Shown: positions 1 through 12,351, numbered from the whole stretch's first letter. The stretch is 63,645 nt of DNA, filler included, from Olpidium bornovanus S191 (GCA_017911155.1; 29 parts of 29 records of this genome joined end to end with filler, not necessarily neighbours in it), one strand, 5' to 3'. Notes: a model not told the origin generated them from the sequence alone. Translations and numbers: made by a program.

Positions 1-159
1 AAAAGAAAAAAAAAAACCCCCCCCCCCGGGCCCCCCCCCCCCCCCCCCCCCCTTCCTCTCCCCCTTTCCTCGCCTTCTCGGAGGCCAGGGAAGGCGACGG
101 CCTCTCTTGCTTCAGGGCTTTTCAGGGCGAAGTTGCCACGACTCTGTTTTCTTTTCGCA

Positions 160-420
160 GGCGCCGACCGACGGTCCTTCTTTTCACGGGCGCCGACAGA
201 CGGCCCGGTCTTCTCGCAAGCATCGACAGGAGACGCTGCGTTTCCTCTCCGCGCGTCGGCGACGGACGCCGCTTCTTCCTCTCTGTGCGCGCCGACGGAC
301 GGCGCGGCTCTGCTTTCCTGCGCGGCTGCTCGGCGCCGACGGTGACGGCGCCAGCGGACGGCGGCGAGTGTACGGCGAAGCTCCACCTTCCGCGGCGCGC
401 TCCCGCCGACGGACGGCGAG
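160..420. repeat. Degenerate repeat, core GCCGACnGACGG, about 8 copies
   Basis: Cores at about 161, 190, 256, 290, 333, 351 and 404 plus a weaker one near 221, separated by pyrimidine-rich spacers. Confidence 0.55.
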
Positions 421-1557
421 GGGCTCCTCCTTCGCAACGCGTGATTAGAAAAGCGCTTTGGCGTTACACGGGCACGGCAGCCCCGTTAAGCTCAATAAAC
501 CCGTTAAGGTTTCGACGCGCTCGCGTTTTGTTTATTGTTGCTGGAAACGGGGGAGGCGGGGGGAGGGGGGGGGGGTTCTTTCGGAGCCGGCTTTGTAACC
601 CGGCTTCGGAGGATTTTTTCGAAGGATACAATCAAAACGCGAGTGTGGTGAACGTGACGTCGACGCGCTACCTCCAGAGTGGGCACTCCTGACACTCCAC
701 ACCAGGATGCCTGGTGCAAATGGTGCGCCAGTGTGGGTCATACCTGAGGCATTAATGAAGGGCGAAATTCCACCGCGCTGTTTTTTAATATTTGGAATAT
801 TTCCAAGCCAGCCCGCCAGTACCGGCACCCGCAATACTGGATATTGTTTCGCCGGCACGTGAGCAATATAGACACAATATCCAGATCTGCACCGCGCGCG
901 CGCCTTGGCGCCGGGCTTAAACCGTTAATACTTAAAGTGCCGTAGGCCCAAACATACCTTTGGGCACACAAAGGTAATCCAGGTTCCAAAATCCTAGAAC
1001 CAGAACCAGACCCAGGCTCCAGTGCTGGAACTTGCGAATGCGGATCTCCAGATTTTTGCAGAGCGCAGATAGCGGAACTTTGCTTGTCACCACTCCTCGT
1101 CGTGACCTACATCCGGCATGATCATCTCTGGGATGGGAATATGACACGCTGTGCAAAAATCCAGCGTCATTTGCAGGTTTCTTGCCACGTCGTGGACTCC
1201 GCGTTCCGCTTGACCATGCTTGACCAAGGGCACTTCTCGAGATTAACCGTCGCACTTGTTTTGGGTGAGCTCTGTGACGTTACGCGGCAGTTACGGTCAC
1301 GGGGGGGACGCCAGCGCCTCTGGCATTTTCCATGTTTCGTCGCCCGTGAGGGAGAGGGCGGAAAGAAGACTGTATTCAGGGCGTCGGTTTGCTATCTCTT
1401 TCTAGGTTCTCTTAATAGAGCGGGGATTGACATATTCATGTCTACCGGCCTCGGAGGCAATCCTGCCGCAGCGACGCCCCGAATTTTCCTCCGGCTCCGC
1501 CCCACCCCCACTCCCGACCGGCTGGCAAACGGCCACAGGCTTGATCCCGACCTGCTT

Positions 1558-1657
1558 NNNNNNNNNNNNNNNNNNNNNNNNNNNNNNNNNNNNNNNNNNN
1601 NTTAATTAATTAANNNNNNNNNNNNNNNNNNNNNNNNNNNNNNNNNNNNNNNNNNNN
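1558..1657. other. Artificial contig spacer N44-TTAATTAATTAA-N44 (first of 28)
   Basis: Identical 100-bp unit with a six-frame stop linker. Starts at 1558, 3023, 4719, 6676, 8451, 10765, 12138, 14900, 17260, 19371, 20767, 22750, 24489, 27519, 28712, 30218, 31560, 39665, 40843, 42983, 45909, 47548, 48773, 51084, 52369, 55529, 58119, 62344. Confidence 0.99.
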
Positions 1658-1708
1658 AAAAAAAAAAAAAAAAAAATCTCCCCAGGCCGACCGAAACAAA
1701 ACACCCAC

Positions 1709-2834
1709 CAACTGCTGGTGCGTGAGAGTTTTCCCGAAGAGCGCCACGGTCTGGGGTAATCGCGGGATGTAGACCAACCCGCCGCCGATCAGCACCGCGG
1801 TGAAGAACAGCAGGAGGTTCGTGAACCTGCACGACCACGGCCGCGTAGAACAAAACAAAAGGAAACATTATCTGAGCAGGAAACCGCACGCTTTCCCCCT
1901 TCCCACTCACCCACTTCGCCCTCACCCTCACCGCCCTCCACCCCTTCCCTTCTCCCCCCCCCCCTCTTCATTCCCGGTGAACGTTGTCGCGTTCGGCTAA
2001 GGCCGCGCGCACGCCGCGAGTCTCGCGAAAAAAAGCGAGAGACGGCGCCCAGAACGGCGGGAAAAAAAAATACGGACAAGACGTATACGAGCAGCACCGC
2101 CACGATGACGGCATAGTTCGTCTGGTAGTGCACGAGGTTCCGGTCCCACCGGTTCTTGACGTCTTGCGTGCGTTTTGAAAGCGCCAGAGGCGGGAAGGGG
2201 TATCAGTGGGCCAAAGTCGGCGTGCGCGGAGAGAGAAGAACGACGGAGGGGAAGCGCGGGCAGGGCCCCTTCCAGGACCCCGGGAACAGAAGGCTGAACC
2301 TTGGAAATTCTTTGGAACGCTGATCCGGTGCTTGTCGAGGAAGTCTGAATGGAAAGAAAAAAAAGGCGGGAGGGTTTATTTGAAGGCCTTCGCGGACGAA
2401 AACACCCGCCCCCGCACCGGGTTGCTTTAAGAGGAGATCGCGCCGCCCGATCGCTCGTGCCGGGCGCAAAGTCGGCGAGCCGGCTTCGCTTCGAGGGCCC
2501 CGTCCCAAAAACCGCCGTATCCAGGTTCGCCTGCCGCCTCTCCCGGCCTAAACGGAAAAAAAAAAAAAAAAAGGGGAACGCGCTCCGTACCGTTGAGCGG
2601 CCGGAGGTTCCCCAGCCTCTCCCGCCGGAACCGGTGCAGCATTTCGAGTCGGGGACCGGCGACGGCGGCGCCGAAGGAGGCCGAGACGGGCGGCGGCGCC
2701 CCCGCAGCGTGGGGCGGCTGATAGAGCGGCGGGGGGCCCTGCTCCGTTGGCAAGCGGCAATCTCCCGCCGGCGGCGCGTCCTCGGTCAGCTTCTGGTACT
2801 GTCCTCCGCCTCCTGGCGCCAGTGGCGAGGGCAT
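1709..2834 (-). CDS. YIP3: PRA1/Yip3 family prenylated Rab acceptor (multi-exon, 3' partial)
   Basis: Spliced translation MPSPLAP...RFRRERLGNLRPLN/DFLDKHRISVPKNFQ/DVKNRWDRNLVHYQTNYAVIVAVLLVYVL/FTNLLLFFTAVLIGGGLVYIP. The YQTNY motif plus hydrophobic hairpin is typical of PRA1; introns are GT-AG. Confidence 0.85.
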
Positions 2835-2910
2835 CGTAAGTCTGAGCGCGGGATCGCAAGCGGGCGTGGCGTGTCGGTCGCGGGCGGCGCGGGGGGGAAG
2901 AAGGGTTTGT

Positions 2911-3000
<90 letters not shown>

Positions 3001-3022
3001 AAAAAAAAAAAAAAAAAAAAAA
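2911..3022. repeat. Poly-G tract (about 90 nt) followed by poly-A at contig end
   Basis: Directly visible; true length is unreliable. Confidence 0.9.
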
Positions 3023-3122
3023 NNNNNNNNNNNNNNNNNNNNNNNNNNNNNNNNNNNNNNNNNNNNTTAATTAATTAANNNNNNNNNNNNNNNNNNNNNN
3101 NNNNNNNNNNNNNNNNNNNNNN

Positions 3123-4064
3123 CATGGAAAAGCAGCTGTTATGCCTGCTGGTAGAGTTCTACATCCGCTCCTGCGCTTGCGTCGTTCAGACTTACTATGA
3201 AGGTGGGATCGAGCTCACCGTCGATCTTGGCCTTCGCAGGACTTCGACCTGAGAATCGACGAGAATGACCTGCTGTTGCAGATGTGGGCATTTCGTGAGG
3301 TCGAGGCGGTCGCTTTGTCGCCTTCGGCGCCGCGGCGAATGACTTGCTTTCCACCAGCAGCCGCGTTACAGGAAGCGCCGACATTTTGGCGCGATTGGCG
3401 GCCAGATGTTCCGGAGGCCAATTCGTGCGAACCCGCGGCGCGCTCCGAAGGAGTTTCAGGTGTTGGCGGCGTCCTGGTCAACGACAACGCCGCGCCCGCC
3501 ACCGCGCCGGCGCTCTTCGGCCCGTTGGTGTTCGCAATGACAGCGCCTGTTTTCCTTCCCTGCGCCGTCGCGGTCCCGGCAGACGACGCGGTTTCCGCAA
3601 GCTACCCCTCGGCGTGCTGGTCCGCGCGCTCGCTCGACGTAAAAAACCTCCTCGCCGAAGGATTCGCTGACTTGGCCGCCAAGGGATTCGTGGACATGGC
3701 CGCCGAGCAATTCGCAGACCTGGCTGCCAAGAGCGACCGCGACGACGGGTTGGTGTCCCGGCCCGACAATGGCGCCGACTCCGTCGACGTGTGCGCTGGC
3801 CGCTTTACCGAAAACGACTGGTATCATTTGGCGCGATTGCAGGCGACTCTGGGTTGCCGCACGTTCGCCCCCTTCGAGCACTGCCCTATACGGCCCAAAT
3901 ACTGCTGGCACGTGGCTGTCCCCGCGACCCTCTCCCGCGAGCTGCTGCTCTCTGAGTCCGCCACCACGCTCCCGTCGTCGTTCGAGAATCATGACGTCGT
4001 CTGCAACAGACGGCTGGCGGCGGCGGCCCCCAACGTGTTTCATTCCCAGGACAGCATCTTATAA
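3123..4064 (+). CDS. Hypothetical protein (probably 5' partial) with a 7-aa internal repeat
   Basis: 262-aa ORF extendable upstream through a probable intron (EKQLLCLLVEFYIRSCACVVQTYYE / DFDLRIDENDLLLQMWAFRE). Contains FADLAAK-G-FVDMAAE-Q-FADLAAK. No family recognised. Confidence 0.5.
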
Positions 4065-4969
4065 GTTTAATCAACGTGCAAACGCCCTTTCCCCCCCGCC
4101 ACCCTCGTACCCCACGCACCGACCGGCCCCCGTCGACTTCTCCGCCGGCGTAGCAAACGCCAATTGGCCGCTTCGAACCAAGTAAATTCTCTCGTTCCCT
4201 TTTCTTTGGGAGGGCGGTCGTCAAGGCCGATGTTTTTCTGCGAGCACCTTTGAGTGCACTTTCTTACGTATCGACCCCGCAATTTGCCCTTAATACCCGC
4301 AACGACGGAGAGCCCACGTAATTCTTTTTTGCGGCAAGTCGTGACTTCTCCGATTTTTTCGGATGGCGCACCGACCCTTGCCCAATTTCATGAATGAAAG
4401 CTCACTGAACGTGAATCGCGGGGAAAACGAGAAAAAGAAAAGTTTTTCCGAAGTTTCCGGGTTTTGTCGTCGCTTCCCCCCGTTTTAGCTGACGGTTTTG
4501 GTCGGAGTTCTTATTTTGTTATGTCCGTAAAAAGGGGGGGGGTTGTTCTCGTATACGTCTATCGGCGTGAAGTATATACGGGTCACGTGATCCGTATCCC
4601 CACCTCGCCGATGGACGCCTGGAGGTGTGGAAAAAGCAGATGAAAAACAGAAGAACGAAAGAAATCCAGGAGATCTCAGGTAAAACAAAGCAGTTTGAAG
4701 AACAAATCATAGACATGANNNNNNNNNNNNNNNNNNNNNNNNNNNNNNNNNNNNNNNNNNNNTTAATTAATTAANNNNNNNNNNNNNNNNNNNNNNNNNN
4801 NNNNNNNNNNNNNNNNNNACCTCCCCCTTTTCGCCCCCCCCCCCCCCCCCTTCCCCCTCCTCCCTCCACCTCTTTTTGCCGGCCCCAAATAGCAAAAGGG
4901 TGGAGGATGAGGTGAAAACTGACGACGCCGCCGCCGCGGACCACAGAGCGGAAACCCCAAGGGACTCAC

Positions 4970-6616
4970 GAATTCGCTCCGCTGGCCGAGCGTGTACATC
5001 TGGGGATACCGGTCGAGCATGCGGGCCGACACGTACTGGTCGAAGACTCCCAAGACAATGGGCGGCGCCACGGTGAAGAGCACGTTGTAATAAGTGATGG
5101 TCCAGGACTCGAATATGACCTGACCGGAGAAGCCGTTGAAGAAAACGTACTGCTCTCCCCGCCCCCCACATCCCGCAGATTGCGAAAGGACGAAAATCGG
5201 TTATTAATTTTCTGTGAAAATTTTAGGGGAGGGAGAGGGTGCTCCACCCACCACACCCGGGGCGCGCGCAAAATCCCCCCTCACCCAAAACTGCGTCATG
5301 TAGAGCGTGATGTTTTTGTAGAACGAATACAGGATGAGTTTGCTGAGCCTCTGGTACGACCAGGCGCCGTGGACAAGCAGCAGCTTGCGGAGGTACCGGA
5401 ACTGGCTGATGGCGAAGTCGGCGCTGCGGGCGGCCTGCAGGCCCTCCATGCCGCTGATGCCCACGCCGACGTGGGCCGCCTGGATCATCGAGACGTCGTT
5501 GGCCCCGTCGCCGATGGCGAGGAGCACCGACTTGGCCTGCTTCTTGACGAGCTTGACGACGAGCGCCTTCTGCAGCGGGGACACGCGGCAGCAGACGACG
5601 GCCTTGCAAAACATGGCCAGCTCCAGGAAGACGAGCTCCACCTCCTTCTCCAGCGCGTACCGCAGCGTCGCTCCGTCGATGATCAGGCACATCGGCTCCA
5701 GCTCCTGCCCCTCCGCGTCCAGCTGCTCGCTGGCCTGCTTCACCGCCTGGAGCTTCTTTTCCAGGAAGTCCTTTGTCGCGAAGTGCGACTCCTCGTTGCA
5801 GATGATCAGGGAGTAATCTTCCATGATCAGCTTGCTGGGGAGTAGCGGCGGCGAAAAAAGAGAGAGAAAGGGGGAGAGAGAAATAGGGAGAAATAAAAAT
5901 AAACCCCCCGCGGGGGGGATAAAAGGGTCAAAAAAAGAAGGTTTTGCCGAGTCCTCCTTCCCTTCTTTTTCCTCCTCCTCCTCCTCTTCGCGCTTTTCTT
6001 TTTAAATTTCCCTGGAAAAACGGGAAGGCGGGGGGGGGGTTCCTGGTGCCGCGGCTGGCCGGGCAGTTTTTTTTTTCTCTCATGTTTACCAGGAGTAGCC
6101 GATGTTGATCGCGGTCTCCTGCCTGTCCCCGGTGAGCACCCATATCTTGATCCCGGCCTGGGCGAGCGTGTGTATGGTCTCCGGGACGCCGTCTTGGAGC
6201 TTGTCCTCGATGGCGGTCGCGCCGAGCAGAAGGAGATCCTTCTCGATGATCTCCGCCGCCTTGTCCAGCTCGTCCTGCCGGTTGACGAGCTGTGTGGCGG
6301 CGCGGTCGTAGATCCCGCTCCAGACCGCGTACTCCTCCTCGGGGATGCAGCGCACGGCGAGGCACAGGGTCCGCAGGCCCTCGGAGGCGTAGTCTTCCAG
6401 CTGCGCCAGCGTCCTCTCCACGAACGGGTTCGACCCGCCGAGCCGCTCGAGGATCACCGTGTCCGCCCCCTTGCAGTAGATCCGGATCTGGCCGTCGGCC
6501 CCGCGGATCACCGCGGACATGCGCTTGCGCGTCGAGTTGAACTCGCAGATGTTCAGCACCTCGTACTCCTGCGGCTCGCCGTTGATCTCGACGAGGATCG
6601 TCTTCGGCTTCCGAGT
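4970..6616 (-). CDS. DRS2: P4-type phospholipid flippase ATPase, Drs2/ATP8A-like (internal fragment, 3 exons)
   Basis: [106 protein letters not shown]. Confidence 0.93.
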
Positions 6617-7508
6617 CTACTTTTGTGACCAACCGACCAGACCGACAAAACCAGCCGCCGCCGCCGCCATTTCCCNNNNNNNNNNNNNNNNNNNNNNNNN
6701 NNNNNNNNNNNNNNNNNNNTTAATTAATTAANNNNNNNNNNNNNNNNNNNNNNNNNNNNNNNNNNNNNNNNNNNNCCAGCCATAAACAAAACAAAAAGGG
6801 CAAGCGGGAGCGCGATGCAGCGAAGCAACGTTTTGCAAGAGGGCGGCTTCAAACCTTCAGTCGAAAGTATCGCAGGTTTCCCTATGCGCCCGGTCGACCA
6901 GGATGAGACGTCGCGTAGTCCAGTGGAGCGCCGTGCCGTTGTTTTTTATTGTCCTTTTTTGTTTTTTTTTTTGTTTTTTGTTGTTTGTGCAACAGCAATC
7001 CCAAAAACGTGCGCTTGAGAAAACAAAAAAAAATCTTTCTGCCGGGTTGGCGTGTCGCAAGTGTGGGCCGTGGGAACTGCCGTGGCTTGGCGAGAAGGCG
7101 GTCAGTCGCGGCCGCGCACAATCAATCGTCAGGCGGCGGTGTCTTCCTCGGTCCCGCGGGAGGCCCTCGAGTATTGCCCGGGGTGGGCGAGGATGTCCGC
7201 TGCATCCGGTGATCAGCAGCGTTCCTCTGTGGGCAATAAACGGTAGGCAGCCCAACGTCCCTAGGCGTTCTCAGGCAGGGTGTCCACGTTGATAGTTTTG
7301 TCAAGTAGAATCGGTGGAGGAGGACGTTTTTGCGAGTTTCGGGAAGGAAGTACACTCCGTAACGGTTTACCACGAAGCTAAATGGCGCTGTGTCAAACTC
7401 AGCTGTCCCGACATCGGGCGGCCCATGGCTGCGTCCTTGGGCCTCGAGTGCGTTGCCGACCGCAATGCTCCTATCGCGGCTGCTCCCGGTCGCCCAGCCG
7501 CGCGAGCT

Positions 7509-8000
7509 ATATGTTAGACAGCTCCCCCTCGTCGCGAGCAGCCGTAACGGCATCATCCAGCTCGGACCGCGGGGAACAACGCGACAATGCTTCGGCGTCT
7601 CGAGGTCGTCGATGCAATCTGCCCGAGGAGGCAATGCGGGCGGATGCGTTGTGCTGGCAGATCGGTTGACTGGATGATTGTCATCTCTAGCGAGCGGCGG
7701 CTGGCAACCCGGCCCCGTCGGCACCTGGTGACGACGGTCCCGGCACCTATGCCGGTTGATAACGCGGCGTCGGAGAGTCCTCGTTGGATGCTGATGCCGA
7801 AAAACGCGACGAGCTCCTCGATCCTCCGGATCGCTTTGCCTGGCCGGCAGGTTGCACCCGGGTAGCCGCCGCCACATCCTCTTAAAACGTGGCGTACCAT
7901 AAATCTGGCAAACAAGCGGACGCGCCGGCTGACGTCGGTCCCTCGGCAATCCGGGCCGTATGGAGCTCGGTACAGGAAGGAAACTTCGCCGGGAGGGCAC
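7509..8000 (-). CDS. Hypothetical multi-exon protein
   Basis: Consistent GT-AG splicing gives ...PLVCQIYG/KAIRRIEELVAFFGISIQRGLSDAALSTGIGAGTVVTR/LHRRPRD...DEGELSNI*. Not recognised. Confidence 0.35.
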
Positions 8001-8564
8001 GCGTGCGGCCTTTGATTGGCGTTCCCGTCGCCAAGGTGGTGCGAGCCGCTCTCGCCTCCAAAAGTACGGGTAGTCTCCACCACGGCGCCCGGGGTTACTG
8101 CGGCGGAATTTCCCGCGTCCTTATTTCCTGTCTGTTCTGTAGTCGAAGTGATGGTCGGTGGCAGATGGGGATGGTTCGACACAGGCGTTGCCGTCGGTCC
8201 TTCGGTAGGCGTGTCGTCCTGTTGTGTTCGTTTGCACGCCCCGCCCCCCCCCCCCCGTCCCCTTTTCTTCTTTTTTTTTCCTTCGTTTTTTGTTTTTTTT
8301 TTTTCTTTCTCGTTTATTTTTGTGCGAATGGTGGTGGCGTGGCAAGCGTTCCCCGCGGGTTTTACGCGCACAACCGATTATATCCGATCAAGCTTGCCAA
8401 CCCCGGGCCCGTGACAGGCCCGGGAGAGAGTTTTGGCGTGCCCGTGCCGGNNNNNNNNNNNNNNNNNNNNNNNNNNNNNNNNNNNNNNNNNNNNTTAATT
8501 AATTAANNNNNNNNNNNNNNNNNNNNNNNNNNNNNNNNNNNNNNNNNNNNAAAAAGAAAAAGAG

Positions 8565-8619
<55 letters not shown>

Positions 8620-8776
8620 ACAACATCAAAAACAACCTGCGAGCCGGAGAAAAAACGACTTGTCTTTCCCGCATCACGGCACAACCGCGCGCCCCGCGCA
8701 TCGCCTGATCCGACGGCGGATGGGGAAGCGGGAGGGCGCGCGAGCCCGGCTGGGCCGCCTCCTTTTTCGGGCGCAG

Positions 8777-10563
8777 ATGTCGCCGGCCGGCGGCGCGGAG
8801 TCCGGCCGGCGGCCGCCGCCGGACCCGGGCGCGGCGAAGGTCCAGATCTACCTGAACACGCCCCTCCCGGGGAGCGCCGTGGACCACCGGGGGCGGCCGA
8901 TCGCGCGGTTTCCGACCAACAAGCTGAACTCCACGAAGTACACCCCGCTGACGTTCCTGCCGAAGAACCTGTTTGAGCAGTTCCGGAGGGTGGCGAACTG
9001 CTTCTTCCTGCTGCTGGCGGTCCTGCAGTCGTTCCCGCAGTTCGAGACCATCGACCCGCTGGTGGCGGCGGTGCCGCTGATCCTCATCATGTCGCTGACC
9101 GCGATAAAGGACGGCGTCGAGGATTGGAAAAGGCACTCGACGGACGCCAGCGTGAACCACCGGACCGTCTACGTCCTGGGGAACTGGACCAACGTCAACG
9201 TGCTCGAGGTCTCCAAGAAGTCGTTCCGGGCGCTGTTCAGGCATTATTCCCACAAGGCGTTCTGGGGTTTCATGGGCCTCATCTCGAAATTCTTCCGAGA
9301 TCTGATCGACCGGACGAACAGGTCGGCGAACGACATCGACGACAGCCTCCAGCCGGCCGCGGCCGCCCGCGACCGGCCGGGTTTGGCCGCCGGGGGCATT
9401 TTCCCCGCTTCTCCCATCGGCGCCGGCGAGCCGGGAGGGAGGCCCGCCTCCGCGGCCAGCCGGAAAAACCCGGCGGTCGACCCCAACATCCTCAGCGGGC
9501 CCAGGTCGACGACGGACCCGTTCTGGAGGGAGACGTTCTGGAAAAACGTGCGCGCCGGGGACGTGATCTTCCTCAGGAACAACGAGTTCATACCGGCCGA
9601 CGTTCTCATCCTGTCGAGCTCGGAGCCCGAGGGCCTCTGCTACGTGCAGACGAAAAACCTCGACGGGGAGACCAACCTGAAGATCCGGAACGGCCTGGCC
9701 CAGACGGCGGCGCTGAAGACCGCGGCGGAGTGCGCCTCGCTCCGGTTGCGAGTCGATTCGGAGCCGCCGACGGCAAACCTCTTCTCGTACAACGGCACCG
9801 TGGTGTTCGAAGGCGCGGAGAACGAGCCCCCCAAGAAAGTGCCCGTGACCCTGAACTCGATGCTCCTCCGCGGCTGCATCCTGCGGAACACGGAATACGT
9901 GATCGGCATTGTGGTGTTCACCGGCGCCGACACGAAAATACAGCTGAACTCCGGGGAAACGCCCTCGAAGCGAACCGCAATCGAAAAAGCGATGAACCCC
10001 CAAGTGTACGGAGCCCCGGCCGTCTTGATTCTCCGGGCGCGGCGGGCCTACCGCGCAATTTTCCTGACGAGCGTGCGTTGACCGTCGCGCAGGATGGTGA
10101 ACCTGTTCATCATGTTTGGGATGTGCGTAGCAACGTCACTCGGCAGCCGCGTCTGGCAGGAGCACTTCCGCCAGACGGACTCTCCGTTCGCTTTCAGCTC
10201 TAACGACCATTCGGAAAACGCCGACCTGAACGCATTTTACGACTTCTGGTACGAACATCGCCCGCCGGGGAAGTGCTTGACGGGACGCCGGCTAGCTAAT
10301 CAAACGCGCATCTCCCGCAAGGTCGAGCCTCATCGCGTATCAAAACCTCGTGCCAGTTTCGCTGATTCTGACGGTGGAAGTCGTCAAGACGGTCCAGGTA
10401 TGCCCCGCGCGGCTGGACCTGCGCCAGGTGGCAATCTCGGAAACCGTGGCCCGCTGACCTTTCGTCAACCAGGCGTTTTTTATTTACCAAGACGTGGAAA
10501 TGTATCACAGCGAGACCGACACTCCGTGCACCCCGCGTAATTGGGCTCTCTCCGACGACTTGG
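8777..10563 (+). CDS. DNF1: P4-type phospholipid flippase ATPase, Dnf1/Dnf2-like (N-terminal half, 3' partial)
   Basis: NKLNSTKYTPLTFLPKNLFEQFRRVAN, AIKDGVEDWKRH, WKNVRAGD, IPADVLILSSS, KNLDGETNLK, LLRGCILRNTEYVIGIVVFTGADTKI; later exons YQNLVPVSLILTVEVVKTVQ and QDVEMY...LSDDLG. Paralogue assignment is tentative. Confidence 0.88.
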
Positions 10564-10627
10564 GTGAGGGTCGCACGGTTGCTGTAACGGCGCGCGGGGC
10601 GCGAACAGCGCCGAGAGAGTGCTGAAC

Positions 10628-10680
<53 letters not shown>

Positions 10681-10864
10681 ACCAAAAACTTATTTTCTCC
10701 AACCCACCACAACCCCCCCACGCCGGGACGGGGGATTGTGGAGGCCGCGCGGGGGGGCGGGAAGNNNNNNNNNNNNNNNNNNNNNNNNNNNNNNNNNNNN
10801 NNNNNNNNTTAATTAATTAANNNNNNNNNNNNNNNNNNNNNNNNNNNNNNNNNNNNNNNNNNNN

Positions 10865-11465
10865 AAAGCCCGGTCGTCATCATCGCCCGCGGAAGGCTCA
10901 GAGCGCAGGCCCGGCGCCAATTGGGTATACACGCCTTTGGCAGTCATAGAAGACCACAAGCGTCGAAGGATCGAATGAGCCATGGTGAGCCGCCCCTCCG
11001 TGCCTTTGGAATGCTCCAACACGGCTCTCCCGTGGACAGCGGCGTTGGCAAACCACCACAGGAGGCTATTCTCCATGGGCTAGAAAACATCGTACTCTGG
11101 GAGTACGAGTTCCCCTCCCGAGACCGGCCCGCTGCACTCCATGCAGAAGCCCAAGACCAAGTGATGCGCTGCCTTGTCGATGTACGTCCGAGACTATGAC
11201 AAACGGAATAGATAGACCCAGAATTAGCCATAGATAGAATGCATGACGAGGCTCTGATGCCGAATAACAGCTACGTCGACGTCCGTACAGAGCACTCGAC
11301 TCGAGCCCCAGCCAAGAAGGATCACCAAGACCGTAGAACCAAGATCTACCTCACCTGGTAGTTGTACGTGATCCACATCGAAGGAGGCGTGTCGGGAAAC
11401 TTCTCATAGAAGAACGCCAACTCCTCCGATAACGTCGACTCGTAGGCCTTGACGTACGACAAGAA
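10865..11465 (-). pseudogene. TET/JBP-like 2OG-Fe(II) dioxygenase, decayed, intron-containing
   Basis: Removing intron 11194-11354 (GTGAGG donor, CTAAT branch, TAG acceptor, phase 0) gives PSMWITYNYQ/SRTYIDKAAHHLVLGFCMECSGPVSGGELVLPEYDVF*PMENSLLWWFANAAVHGRAVLEHSKGTEGRLTMAHSILRRLW. This has the HxD...GGxLxLP...HG...R layout, with H>Y and an in-frame TAG at 11080-11082. Confidence 0.68.
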
Positions 11466-12002
11466 CTTGCGCACGAGGCGAGAGGAAGCCGAGCAATTAG
11501 CACGGGCCACCAACCCGTCAGGCTCGCGGCAAAATTGGGGTTTTGCCAAGAATGCGTGCAACTAACCGGCCCCGGACATCCAGCTGCCAGGCACGGATTC
11601 CCTGGCTTTGCCACGATGCAGCGGGAATGGCGTGTGGACAAGAGCGCGGCTGCGCTGATACCAGCGATTAGCCACGGCAGGCGACGCGAAGTTACGGGAC
11701 CAGCCACCAATCAGCTCTCAGGTCTCGTCATCATACAGCCAGCTTTCCCTCACCCGGCCGCCAGCATTCAAGTTCGGCAAGAATGATAAGCGTGGTGTCT
11801 AGCCGTGCCAGGGGCTCCCCCTTTTTTCTTTAGAGGCCTAGAAAAGGGCCGAGACTTCTCTCGCCCGGGAAGAATTTCGTCCGCGGGCGTGGGGGGGAGA
11901 CGGGGTGGGGTGTCATCGCGGGGCGCCACACTGCCCCGCCGCGTCGAAACGAGAGGAGCAGAGATGAGAAACCCCACCCCCCCTCAAAAACCCCGGGGCG
12001 GG

Positions 12003-12066
<64 letters not shown>

Positions 12067-12237
12067 AGGGGGGGGGGGGGGCCCACCCCCCCCCCCCCCC
12101 CCCCCCCCCCCCCGCGCCCCCCCCGCCCCCCCCCCCCNNNNNNNNNNNNNNNNNNNNNNNNNNNNNNNNNNNNNNNNNNNNTTAATTAATTAANNNNNNN
12201 NNNNNNNNNNNNNNNNNNNNNNNNNNNNNNNNNNNNN

Positions 12238-12351
<114 letters not shown>

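Noticed and set aside
700-745. WCKWCASVGHT as a retroelement Gag zinc knuckle
   Set aside because: Immediately followed by a stop, the last Cys is absent, and no other Gag or Pol motif is on the contig.
1602-1613. Recurrent TTAATTAATTAA as a biological repeat; ORFs ending in X-runs plus LIN or N
   Set aside because: Synthetic six-frame-stop linker inside N padding. ORFs crossing it are artefacts.
8495-10003. 502-aa minus-strand ORF, and similar long ORFs such as 5180-5845, 29009-30040 and 56429-57382 beyond true exons
   Set aside because: Antisense shadows or intron read-throughs of GC3-rich real genes (P4-ATPases, kinesins).
4970-10563. The two P4-ATPase fragments as halves of one gene
   Set aside because: They lie on different contigs and opposite strands; one has Drs2-like and the other Dnf-like features.
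11080-11082. In-frame TAG as stop-codon recoding
   Set aside because: Other genes here end normally at TAG (CFAP20, LSM7), and the same gene also has an HxD lesion, so decay is more parsimonious.
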